Shown here: in pieces, positions 1 through 11,074 of the stretch
Numbering within the stretch: the first letter of the stretch is position 1
Layout of the letters: each line of letters begins with the position of its first letter
Notes under the pieces: model-generated
Database searches by the model: none
Told to the model about the DNA's origin: nothing
What the model saw: the letters and a program-made list of their open reading frames with translations, nothing else
Program-made: the position numbers and the translations under genes
Assembly: GCA_964270895.1 (NCBI GenBank)
Contig: OZ185437.1
Source: Podarcis filfolensis
Lineage: Eukaryota
Strand: one strand, 5' to 3'
Length of the DNA: 64,000 nucleotides

Positions 1-1711
1 GAGATCTCTTGGCTGAAACACCAAAATTAAAGGCACATTTCAGAAGAGGCTTCCAATGGACTACTCTCTGCTTTCCTGTTCTGGGATCATAGAGATGTTG
101 TATACCATATTCCTGCCTACAGAAGAGGTCACATCATGAAACTTGCCACAATTCCAGTGGTTGGGGATCTACTGAAAAAAGATTAAAAAAATAAAAAGCA
201 AGCCTTTCCCCAAAATAACACTTATCACTACACTTTTCAATCTGAAAAGTGTTTTTTAATTCCAGTTTGTAGTTAATGCTTTTCTGTAGCTATTTAAAAA
301 AATCTTTTCAAATTATATAATTGCATATTGTCTAATTTTTTCAGAGCTTCAATTTTTTATTTTCAAAATGCTCAGTTTGAAGATATTGATAAAATAATGG
401 TTTCTAGTCCTGCATTCTTTCTGTGCCACTTTAAATGAAATTATTATATTTGCTAAAATTACATCTTTGAATTACAGAAACCCTGCGACTCCAGTAATAC
501 AGTTTCCTACAGATTTCCACCCCCACTGAAGGATTTGTTGAATATTAGAGAGGCAATAGGGGAGATGTTAGAGTCAAGTTTCAACATTTATCACAATGTA
601 TGAGAATTAGATACTGCTGTGCGTTTTTAATTAGTCTTTTCCAATTACTCTTATTCATCCAAGAAAATGCACAATGTGGCATAGATATTGAAAAATGTTC
701 TCGTACCATGCAGTTGTCAAATCAAACAAAAGCCATTGTACTAACTATACTAACTGTGTCATGCCAATAATAATGACATGAATCAAGTTCCTAGCATGAC
801 AGGTTGGAGACTTTAACCCTTTACCACCTGCTTTGGGCCAGATTGGGTCCTCTTAAATGGCAGTTTACATGGGGTGGCGTCTTGCACAGGGTGCCACTGA
901 AATTTGAAAGACCATAGTCTGCCCTTGAACTACATCTCAAACTTTAGATATTTTCAAACGAGTGGGGAGGAGGAAAATTTAAGACTGGATTGCATTGCAA
1001 TTGTGGCAGTAAAGTCTTGCAATTTACAGCACATATTTTGGAGAAGGGGGAGAGGAGAGAAAAGGAGGGTAGTTAAAGACAGAGTCAGGAAAGAGGAAGT
1101 AAGTAGACAGGAAAGGCTATTATGGGATGGGGATTTGAGAAGAATCCGGAAAGAGAGGGGATGGGTGTTAGATTCACATGGGAGAAAGAAGAAGCTGGGC
1201 AAGAAAGAGGATATCATTTACCAGCCCCAACCCTGACTAGTGGTGTATTTTAACATGATACCTACACCAAAGGTTGAGATATTCCAGCAGACACAATTCT
1301 GTATTTCACATTGATACCAAACTGAACCCTAACATCCCTTTCCAATGGGGCAAAGAAAGTTGTAGAACACACTGTAATGTGGCTATCTGTTGTTTCCCTG
1401 GTTCTGGTGAGATAGTGGGTACAAGGAACCCGACGTCTGCATGGCACAAATGAGAGTTTGCTAGAGAGCCCAAGGGAGGTGTTACAGCACACTGTCCTTC
1501 CTCAGGATGAGACCAGGAGCTGGAGAATCCACCTTTTCCTGGTTCTCAGCTCGGTCCAGATCATCCAACATGGGCTTCCTCTTCTTCCTGAGTAGTCACA
1601 TAAGATAAGACAGGTAGCCTCATGTGGCTAACCAGGTATCTGTCAACAGCCCTGAAGTCTCTGTCTGGTTCATTATCTTCTCTTTTCTTGTGGTGAAAGG
1701 ATGCTTGGAAT

Positions 1712-2172
1712 ATGTATGGGAGCCCAACAGCAGCAAGAGTCTTGATAGCACAAGGATGGAAGAATGAGGAAATCCCAACGAAAGCACAGTGGCAAAAAAA
1801 ATTGATGAGTTACACAGAGCTAGCTAAATTGGCATACAAATTGCGGGACAAGGACAACTGTGACTTTAAGGAAGAATGGGAGCTTTTTACAATTTATCTA
1901 AAAAGACAACAAAATGAATTGGACTCCTTGGCAGGTTTTGAATAAACATGCACAAATTTATTTACCATATTTGATAATATGGTAGATAGATAATGTAAGC
2001 ATATGTATAATTTTATCACATGCAGAGAATAATATGTGCTGAGAAATCAGAGAGAGGAGCTGAGGGAAGTCTCTGGGGGGGTTGAAGGGGGGAAGGGGGA
2101 AAATAATGAATATGATATGTTTTGATAATTTGTTATGTTGAAATTGTTAATAAAAACATTTTTTAAAAAAAG
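1712..2172 (+). mobile_element. 5'-truncated L1 LINE: ORF2 C-terminus, 3'UTR and A-rich tail
   Basis: Reads TAARVLIAQGWKNEEIPTKAQWQKKLMSYTELAKL...FKEEWELFTIYL*, typical of the end of non-mammalian L1 ORF2. Followed by a G-rich tract (~2075-2100), AATAAA (2149-2154) and an A-rich end. Confidence 0.8.
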
Positions 2173-2993
2173 AAATGCCATCATTGCCCCATTCCGATGG
2201 ACGGGGCTGATGTCATCTCAGACCATGCTTAGCATCTTGAAGGCAAATAAAAATGCTAGACAGCCAAAAAAAGGGGGGCAGAGGAATATGTGTGGGAGCC
2301 TAGGCAGCTCTGTGGGAATGGTGGATGCTTCTGAGGCCACCGACAGTGGCAGACCTCCCTAGAGGGCCCTCCTCCCCTTATTCCTTCTCCTCAGGAGAAT
2401 ATCTCAGGTTCAGGGTTTGGGATTTGGCTGAAACCTGACAGCAACGTCTGCATGAAACATTGGGAGATTCAGGTTGCAGCCAGGTACAATTCTAGCACTG
2501 CCAAGAGTCCACTACACATCAGATGTTTTAAAATAAACATTGTGTTTTTATCCCCACACCTATTTGGCTCATCTGAATTGCAGTAGTTTCCTTTGTAGCT
2601 TGTAGTTTTCCTTTTTTCTGGGAGGAATTTAACATAAAATGCATCCCAGCCACTAACCAGAGAGCGAGCGAGCATATTTTTAGCACGCAACAGAATAACA
2701 GCAGTAGCCCAGTACTCCCTGTGACTCCTGGGTTCTGACAGCATTTTATTTAGCAAATATAAACCTCCTGCCTACAGCATCCTATAAAGAATATAAGAAT
2801 GGCCTAACAGATTCAGCCCAATTTTATGTATACTTGTTTTTAATATTTGCTGATTTTATCTTTGTTTTGTGGATTGTTTTATATTGTTTAGTGTACCCTG
2901 ACTTAGAGATGTGGTTTTTTAAAATTACTTTGTTTATACAGTTTTCCCTAAATAAATTAATACAAACATCTAGCCTGTTTATCTCATAGAATT

Positions 2994-3927
2994 TGTCAGG
3001 GTCTGGATTGAGGGGGACGAGATTGAGGAGGAATGGTGGAGACCGCCCCCCCCCCCCGGAACCTTCCACAGAAGAGGAAGTGTAAGGGAGGATTCGGAGG
3101 AGCAATGGACAGAAGAGATGGAACAGGGGCTCAGGGATGCTGAAAAGCCCCACAAGCACCCAGAGACAGAGGAAGCAGAAGAGAGGGCAGAGAATAGCCA
3201 GGGAGAGCAGGGGCTCAGGGATGCTGAAGAGCCCTGCAACCACCCAGAGGCTCCGGAAGGAAGCTCAGACTCAGGAAGGGAGGGGGCTTTCAAATCAGCA
3301 CAGACAAGGAGAGAAATGAAACGTAAGGATCAAAGACGTCTCGCGCAATTCCCACGCCTACTTTGCTGGTGCGGGAATCGTAGGAAGCCATTCCCCGAAT
3401 CTGACTCAACAGCTTTGGACGCGTAATTCTGAACTGTAGCTGTTTCTTGTATATATGTAATAAAGACTGTAAATACCATGCTGACTGTGCATGTTACTCT
3501 GAAGGAGAAACACCAGCCTTTACAGGAAGGCAGTGCTGTACTGAATTACAGCAGTGGTTTGAGGAAGGTCACAGCTCAGAGACAGGCGAACAGAAGAGTT
3601 GGGAGAAGAGAAGGAGGAGACAGAGACAGAGCAGCCAGGTGACACGTTATCACTGGAGAGTATTTCTGACCCCCCCCCCCTTTTCCCAGAACATGGCGTG
3701 CATTGAAAGTGGAAGAGCAAAGGACTGGTGGCCGCCATAAGGGGAAGTGCTGTTGCTAGGAAGGGAAGGAGGAGGAGCTCAGTTGGAGCAACGCCATTAT
3801 TCTAAGAGGCAGAGTACAGGAGCCTCTCGTTGTGTATACTGAAGAAAGACTCGGTAAGAGCTTCCTTGTCTACTCCTTGGCTGTCTGCTGTGAGGGGGGG
3901 GGGATCAGAATTCACTGAAGCCTGACA
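2994..3927 (+). mobile_element. Solo-LTR-like element B (interrupted by element A at 3081-3524)
   Basis: Termini TGTCAGG...CCTGACA are a perfect 7-bp inverted repeat. Flanks are GAATT (2989-2993) and GAATC (3928-3932), a 5-bp TSD with one mismatch. It is inserted in the (CATAGAAT)-type tail of a CR1. Confidence 0.75.
3081..3524 (+). mobile_element. Solo-LTR-like element A nested in element B
   Basis: TGTAAGG...CCTTTACA termini; perfect 5-bp TSD GGAAG (3076-3080, 3525-3529); TATA-like TATATAT (~3449) and AATAAA (3459-3464) about 60 bp from the 3' end. Confidence 0.8.
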
Positions 3928-4090
3928 GAATCATAGACTTGTAGATTGCAAAGATCCCTATGGGTCACCTCATCCAACCTCTTGCAACGCAGAAATCACA
4001 GCTGAAGAATCTCTGGCAGATGGCCATCCATCTTCCACTTAAAAACTTCCAGTGAAGGACAGTCCACCACCTTCTGAGGGAGTCCATTTA
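3928..4090 (-). mobile_element. CR1 LINE 3' end (tail continues at ~2984-2993, left of the LTR insertion)
   Basis: CATAGAAT / GAATCATAGACTTGTAG tail motif followed by ...GGTCACCTCATCCAAC...GATGGCCATCCA...AGTCCACCACC, resembling the reverse complement of CR1 3' ends. Confidence 0.65.
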
Positions 4091-5379
4091 CATATAGGCG
4101 ACTGGTTGGTTACTGTGAAAACAGAATACCGGACTAAATGGGCCTTTGGCCTGATAAACAAGACTGCTTTTATGTTCCTAAGCAATGGCAGACTTTGGGC
4201 TTTGAAATTTCAGCGGTACCCTGTGTGATGCCAAACTCACCTCACCCCCACCTCTTGCCTTCCATTGTTCATCCCTGCTGCGCCCTCTCAGCTCAGTGGC
4301 CAGTGTGGGTGAACCATTCACACTCCCCTAAATCTGCCTCTGTTCTTAAAAAATCCATCAAAAAAGCGCTTCAAGTTAAACGCGTTGTAAATTTAAACAG
4401 GGAAATCCAGTAGGGAAAAATGTCACCATCTTGTGGCACAGTGTTGTATCGTGTATACAACACATATAAATTGCTTCCCCTCACCCCCCCCCCCAATCTA
4501 ACTGAGTCCCAGTTCTTTTCCCTTGCACAGTTAAGGGCTTATACAGTATGTGCAACTACATTTGCCCTTATTCATCCCTTGTTCCATTTTACTTTCTCAT
4601 CCCTCCTTCTGTTTGTTTGCTACCCTTGCTGCCATCCCCCTCTGCTGTCTCTTCACATTTGCAGTGTATGACTGTGAGGAATACAGCTTAAGATTTAACT
4701 GATAAGACAGCACTATCAATGTACATAGTGCCAAATACACTAATTGTGCCGTATAAATTATATAATCAACCACCAGCTTAATCTATAAATTATTGCAATT
4801 TTGGTGCATTAGGTTATTTATTTTATTGATTTATTCATCTAAAACAGAACTATGGCGGTCAAGTGGAAATTAAAGGTTGCCATACAAAGGCTAAGGCTAC
4901 ATGTATTCAGTCCAGTGCCTCCCACCTGAATATTTCAATTTTTTATAGTAAAATATTTTAGAAACAAAGCACACAATTCAGCAGTCGTCAGAGTTGGGAC
5001 CAGCTGTGCAATAGTCTCGCTTGGCTCTCAACCAATTTAATGCCTCAAGCACTGTGCTTACTTTTTCATATCAAAAGAGATAAGGGAATATACAAGTTAC
5101 TTTATCCGTATTTAATTATCCTTTTAAATAGCAATATCTACATTACTTTATTCATAATAAATGGATAATCCTATTCTGATTCATACTGATCTCTTAAGCT
5201 GAATTTTACCTCATGGGGATGAACTAAATTATGCATTGAGTAAAAAAAAAAAATCAAATCTTTTTTCTCTTTTCAGTATAACTGAACATTTTCTTGTTTT
5301 TTCATATATATTTTGGGAGAGCATAAACAATAATATTCACATAAGAAGAGCCTGCTGGTTCTGACCAGTGACTCATTTC

Positions 5380-5560
5380 GTCCGGCATTCTGTTATCACA
5401 GGGGCCAAGAAGCCGACTGTGAGAAGCGGGCAGGCAGGACCTAAGAGTACCAGCACTCTTCTCTCCTGCAGCTTCCAGCAACTGGTATTCAGAACCATGC
5501 AGTCTCCAACAGTGGAAGTAGAACATAGTCATCGGTAATTTATCCTCTATATAGCTCATG
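5380..5560 (-). mobile_element. Degenerate CR1-type 3' fragment
   Basis: GCAGGACC...AGCACTCT...TTCCAGCAACTGGTATTCAGAA...AGAACATAGTCATC resembles recalled lizard CR1 3' sequence; diverged. Confidence 0.45.
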
Positions 5561-5720
5561 ACTTGGATGTACTGATATTTTTTACTTTATCCTTGTGCTC
5601 TCTAGAAGCAAACAACTCGTCCATTCAACTCTTACGGACTTTTCATAACAAGAATAGTGTCATCCTTTTTACCAGAACAATGTGAACTTCTAATTGACTT
5701 TCCTTTTTTAAATACTCCTG

Positions 5721-6066
5721 CAGGCCCTCCAAGCGTCCCTATTTTCCAGAGACAGTCCCAAATTTACAGAAGCCATCCTGGTTTCTGGTTTGATCCTGGA
5801 ACGTCCCACTTTTGATAAGGACGTCCCTATTTTCAATGGAGAAATGTTGGAGGGTATGGTAGGATGTCCTTATTTTCATCAGAGAAATGTTGGAGGATGT
5901 GGAGTTCCACGACCCCCGTCCAAGGAGCTAAGAAACTACACAACTTTTAGAAGAGATCTGAAGGCAGCTCTGTACAGGGAAGTTTTTAATATTTGGTTTT
6001 TTATTATGTTTTTATAGATGTGGGAAGCCACCCAGAGTGGCTGGGGCAACCCAGATGGATGGGGTA

Positions 6067-6116
<50 letters not shown>

Positions 6117-6156
6117 GGCTGTCCATATTTTCATCAGAGAAATATTGGAGGGTGTG
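5721..6156. mobile_element. Composite non-autonomous DNA transposon (hAT-like ends) containing an L2-type 3' tail and (AAT)n
   Basis: Ends CAGGCCCTCCAA...TTGGAGGGTGTG; exact 6-bp flanking duplication CTCCTG (5715-5720, 6157-6162). Internal GAAGCCACCCAGAGTGGCTGGGGCAACCCAG matches the L2-type tail also seen at ~8295-8325. Confidence 0.7.
6069..6116. repeat. (AAT)n microsatellite, about 15 units
   Basis: Read directly; it is the tail of the L2-type fragment. Confidence 0.97.
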
Positions 6157-7112
6157 CTCCTGCTGCTGAAGCAGAAGGCAACACACCACCTTGCATAGAG
6201 ACCTTGCAATAGTTTCAATGTTATACAGCCAATTGGGTAGGCCAATTGCCACTACTATTGAGGCCCTTTTGAGCAGCTCATGGGTTCAACAAGGATGCCT
6301 TCCAAAACTGCTAGTTAATTTAGAAACCATTTATGTAAATGATTAGTTTAAAAGAGTGCATTTACCTTTGAGTTTTTCACAGCTAGATTTTTTTACCTGT
6401 CACCATCTTGTTCATTCAGCAACTACTTCATTAGCTTCAACAGCTGTTGTACGTCGATTTTAACCACCTCATTATTCACTTGCTTCCCCAAACCTTTAAT
6501 AGTAAACACTTGAAACATGCAGCAGTTCATTCTTAGCGTTGGAACTTCAGCCATTTATTGTTGTCTTTTGCTTTCTCTTTCTTAAATAGCTCTTGACCCA
6601 TGACTTTGCTTCTTGACCCATGTTTACTTGTCATATGTAATTACTGTTTTCGAGGGACCTTGGGCCTTCTTGCAATCATAGACGGATGATATCCATGCAC
6701 TTTGTTTTTTTATTATTCATGCTTTTAGAGGGTTTTCGAAAGTTAAATTGCAGCCAGAGATGAAAACAAGTAGCAAAGGAGAAATGAAAGGTAAAAAGAT
6801 GCAAAAGGCTCCATTGTGTAGCAAACATTGTGCATCCACACACAATATCCTTGTTGAAATGTTCCTTTGTCCCCGATAGTTCCAAAATAACATTCTTTCA
6901 TGATGAACAGAATTCCTCAATGACATCTAGATTGGACTACTACAATGTACGCTATGTTGAGCTGCCTTTGAAGACTGTCCAAAAGTTACAGGTGGTGCAA
7001 AAATGAAGTAATTGGGTTTCTACCTGGCTCGAGTGTTAGAGAACATACCTCACCATTTTGAAGGAGCTACACTGTCTGTCACTCTGTTTCCAGGAGGATA
7101 AAGGTCTAGTTT

Positions 7113-7388
7113 GAAGAAGAAGAAGAAGAGGAGGAAGAGGAAGAAGAAGAAGAAGAGTAGTTTGGATTTGATATCCCGCTTTATCACTACCCAAAGAGTC
7201 TCAAAGCGGCTAACAATCTCACTTCCCTTCCTCTCCCACAACAAACACTGTGAGGTGAGTGGGGCTGAGAGACTTCAGAGAAGTGTAACTAGCCCAAGGT
7301 CACCCAGCAGCTGCATGTGGAGGAGCGGGGAAGTGAACCCAGTTCACCAGATTAGGAGTCCACCGCTCTTAACCACTACACCACACTG
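7113..7388 (-). mobile_element. tRNA-derived CORE/MIR-like squamate SINE (Squam3-like) with (TTC)n tail
   Basis: Minus strand reads CAGTGTGGTGTAGTGGTTAAGAGCGGTGGACTCCTAATCTGGTGAACTGGGTTCAC (pol III A/B boxes), then GCTGGGTGACCTTGGGCTAG core and CCCCACTCACCTCACAG. The (GAA/GAG)n tail is at 7113-7156 on +. Near-identical to 19393-19623. Confidence 0.85.
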
Positions 7389-7719
7389 TTTTAAGCCTTG
7401 CTCAGGTGTTTCTCTCCATGCAGTTGAAACTCTGTAAAGAGGGAGAGAGACAGTGGACTGTGCCTGGGCATCCTGCTCACACTGAACCCCATGTTGACTA
7501 TTCCCCAACATTGTCCTTATGTTGTGGGACGACATGAAAGAGAGATGACTGCTGAAGGCAAATAGGCTTTCCATGTGAACCAGACTCCCCTACACATGTC
7601 CATTAAGATTCTCTCCCAACACACTGATGGCATAGTAGCAATGCCATTGTGGCATGAAATATAGCGTTTTCAAGGCATGTCTGCAGCTCTGCTGTCTCTT
7701 CGCTGTAATTTTACTGTCC

Positions 7720-7968
7720 TGCTTTCTTTTGGCAGCTGCTAAAAACATTTTGGTTTAGGCAAGCCTACTTAGATGCTTAGACAGCTGAGGTAATTTTAAT
7801 CGGTTTTAGCCTTTTAACTTTTGTATGGTTTTTAAAGTATGGCTGTGAATCTCTCTTATTTTACTTGATCTTATTGTTTTGTTTTATTTTATTTTGTAAA
7901 CTGCTTTGAGGGTTGCTGTAGTTGTTGTTACAGTCCAGCAGTGTATAAATTTTATTAAATAAATAAAT
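7720..7968 (+). mobile_element. L2 LINE 3' end
   Basis: GCAGCTGCTAAAAACATTTTGGTTTAGGCAAGCCT...TGTAAACTGCTTTGAG...TATAAATTTTATTAAATAAATAAA, a typical L2 tail. Confidence 0.6.
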
Positions 7969-8260
7969 GATCACAATCATGTTGAGAGAAATGCACAAGC
8001 GGTGCTCTACTCTGATCCCAAACTATTTACGGTTGTCCAAGAGACTGCCTGCTCCCACGTATCACAAGATCATCTTGGAAGACCCTACGCATAGTGCCCA
8101 ACCACTTCTCGAAGGAAAGTGGGTGATGAGGAAGGGCAAGGTGTGTCTCACATCTTGAACATCTCTACTTTGAGAGATGGGGAAGCTGTGGCCCTCTTGA
8201 AGTTGTCGGATTCCTACTTCCACTGTCCCCATCTATGGGGAGACATTGCTCCCCTATGTT

Positions 8261-8336
8261 TGAGGTTTTATCGTGTTTTTAATATTCTGTTGGGAGCCGC
8301 CCAGAGGGGCTGGGGTAACCCAACCAAATGGGTGTT

Positions 8337-8390
<54 letters not shown>
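8261..8390 (+). repeat. L2-type 3' tail followed by (TTG)18 microsatellite (8337-8390)
   Basis: GGGAGCCGCCCAGAGGGGCTGGGGTAACCCA then a pure TTG array. Confidence 0.85.
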
Positions 8391-8391
<1 letters not shown>

Positions 8392-10506
8392 ATTATCCAT
8401 TAAGCCTGCTCTGATTGTGCCCCATGCTGACTCCTCCCTGACAGTGTTGGTGGAAGGGGTGAAAAAAAAGGCCACTGTTTGCATATGCACTAATTGCCAG
8501 TGGATTAACATCATGCAGATGCGAGTGGAAACTGTTGTCCATGCAGGCATTTCAAAGCTGCAAATATCTATCACTACCTGGGAGGAACTCATTTTAAATT
8601 CAGTGGGATTTACTTCTGAATAGACAGGTATAGGGCTGCACTGTAAAAGGTGGGACAGAAACAGCTTAGGCAAATAAATAATGCTTCTGCTCATCCCATC
8701 CCAAGCAGCAGTGTTTGTGATATGACCTGCCAGATCTGTAATTGGGCAAATGGCGGGGGCGGGGTGGGGGAATAAAACTAAACAGATTAAGGGGTGAGGG
8801 AGAGCAAAGAAAGATGGAGAAAAGAGATAAAGGTCAGGGAGGTAGAGTGTGGCAGCCGATTCTGGCAGCTGATTATGGATGTCATAAAAGGGCAGCAAAT
8901 TGTTAGTTATTTATTAGTATTGTGTTATTCTGTCAGGGAGGGGGAGAAGTGCTCATGGAATTTTCTGCCTGAAGTACCAAAATAACTTGAGCACTATTCA
9001 TTTTGACTTGGTAGAAGGGGACACCATTTGTTGTTCTAGTTCAGGCAGCAAAAAAAATTGGGGGGCTGTCCCTGAGAGTTGCACATGTAGGGGACAGAAA
9101 GGGGGAGGGGACTTACTGAGGGCATCTTGTTGAAATCCATCTCTTCACACCCCACCCATCCAAACTGGCTCTGGTTCCAGCACATCTGATTCCCACAACA
9201 TTTTCTTTAACACGTTCCTTCCGGGGGGCTTTCTGAGGAACCTGAACACAACCTTCTCTTACTGAACATAGCTAAAAACTTCTAACAAGCCACAGGCAAG
9301 GCATCTAGCAGTTATTTGGATCATTAGAGAGGCATTTTGTTGTGCCTCCTTTTCTTCCTTCCTTTGAATTTGGACCATCTGACGGTCCCTGAAAGATCAC
9401 TCTTAATATACTTTAATAGCAGCACAACACTAAACTTATATTAGCAGGTGTCCCAGCAGGTGTTCCAGAGATAGATGAAAGGTTTTGCTTTCATGAGCCA
9501 ATGTAAGAACTTTAGAGGACAAAAATTAAGTTTGTAGTTTTAAAACAAAGACAGCCTTGGCATTATTAGTTTCAAAGGCGAGGGGAGTTGTCAATACCAC
9601 AGAGAATTCAGGTGGATCAATCCAGAGCAGAATTAGACATGGGGTGTGGGGATGCTAAAAGTCAGGGTGGGGAAGGATACAATATTTTTGCCTCCACAGC
9701 TCCTGGCAGTTTTATCTGGCAGACAAGCACCAAGGAATTGGATTTAAAAAACAAAACAAAACACAAGTAAACTTGGTTCTTTTTCGGTCACTTTGTAACT
9801 GCAACCTGCTTCAGAGAAACTGATGCTTTCCCTGGCGTAGGAATGCTTTTCTGTACAGCAAAATTTAGTTTCTGCTGTTGGAAACACAGTAGCAGCCATC
9901 CCTCCAATAAACTTGGCAGCCCACCATAGGAAATCAACAGCTGGCAAGCTTCTCAGCTGCTAGGGGAAATTAGGCATGTCAATAAAATAAAGGTTCTGTG
10001 AGAGTATGATGGCAGACTTAGAGGGAAGACCTCTGGTAACCGGTTGCGAGGGGATAGAGAGACAGCCACTTGGAGAAATATATTACAAAGTTTCTTCCTT
10101 GGTTTCTACTCAGATGCCCACCCCATAGCACTGAATTGGGGCTTGCTCCCAAGTAGAGATAGACAAGTCTGTAAATTTCTGTTTTTCTTAGTTCCTTATT
10201 TTTCCTATGTTTACCCAATTTCTCCATGCAGTTCTTAAAAAAAAAAGTCCTGACCTGACAAAATTAATTAATGTAAAATTCCCCTAACAAATACATTTTT
10301 GAACACAAGTTTGCCTTCTACACACCCTTTCCGAAAGCGATGTCCCATAATATAGTGCATTTTTGTGCACCTATTTAAATAAATAGAGTTAAAGTTTAGA
10401 CAATGAAATGGTCATGGCCAACTTGCAATAACATCACTTTCCACTGCGGGAGAACTCCTGCAGAATAAAGGATTGCCTCGTGCTGCATTTATGGAAGGAG
10501 GTTTGG

Positions 10507-10665
10507 GGAAGAGCCATAGCTTGGTGAGAGAACATCCGCTTTGCATGCAGAAGATACCAGGTTCAGTTCCCAGCATCACCTATGGGAAACCCTAGGGAGC
10601 TGCTTCCGAGGATCACAGGCAATACTGAGCAAGGCAGATTCAGTGTAAGAGCTTCCTCTGTTCCT
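10507..10665 (+). mobile_element. tRNA-derived SINE with CR1-like tail (Squam2-like), degenerate
   Basis: GGAAGAGCCATAGCTTGGT...CTTTGCATGCAGAAG...GGTTCAGTTCCCAGCATC tRNA-like head; CAATACTGAGC...GCTTCCTCTGTTCCT tail. Related to 47950-48132. Confidence 0.65.
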
Positions 10666-10750
10666 TTCAGCAGAGACTGGAAAACTGTCTTCTTCGGCTG
10701 TGGATTTTCTGCAGCTTGTAGGAATAGAGATCCTGCAACACCCCCTGTAG

Positions 10751-10897
10751 CATGAGCGTAGCCGGGGGGGCAGCTGCCCCACCTAGATCAAGTAATTCAA
10801 TGAAATACTTAACTCACCAATCATATCAGTTCTGCTCCCCTAACAAAAATCCTGCCTCCCCAACGAAGTCCTCCCCCCCCCACAACAAAAATCCATG
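10751..10897. mobile_element. hAT MITE with partly deleted right end
   Basis: Left end CATGAGCGTAGCCGGGGG; right end reduced to ATCCATG; 8-bp TSD CCCTGTAG / CCCTGCAG (7/8). Confidence 0.65.
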
Positions 10898-11074
10898 CCC
10901 TGCAGCCCTGGGTTTCCATGAGCAAGGTTTAGTGCAGCGCAGCACATGCGTTCAGGTGGACCTTAGATGGTGATTTTTGGTGTGGAGCTAAGGGCGTTAT
11001 TAGTATCCCTGGTTTTATCTACGTGATGTTAGACACAAAATCAGTGTGGCTGCCAGTTTGGGCTTTGTTTATGA

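Noticed and set aside
1262-1700. Minus-strand peptide-like stretches (…RKKRKPMLDDLDRAENQEKVDSP…) with a possible acceptor
   Set aside because: Frames are interrupted by stops, no homologue is recognised and no consistent exon chain could be built.
6004-6252. Poly-Leu, poly-Tyr and poly-Ile ORFs
   Set aside because: Translations of the (AAT)n array.
6540-6620. Minus-strand KSWVKSYLRKRKQKTTING resembling a LINE RT motif
   Set aside because: Only one short motif; the expected downstream GVPQGS motif is absent, so support is insufficient.
8254-8898. 214-aa minus-strand ORF with poly-Thr; poly-Val and poly-Cys ORFs opposite
   Set aside because: Artefacts of the (TTG)18 microsatellite; no recognisable domain.
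10507-10580. tRNA-like sequences (also 7330-7388, 19570-19623, 47950-48010, 59700-59780)
   Set aside because: SINE heads followed by SINE bodies and tails; no intact cloverleaf or pol III terminator.
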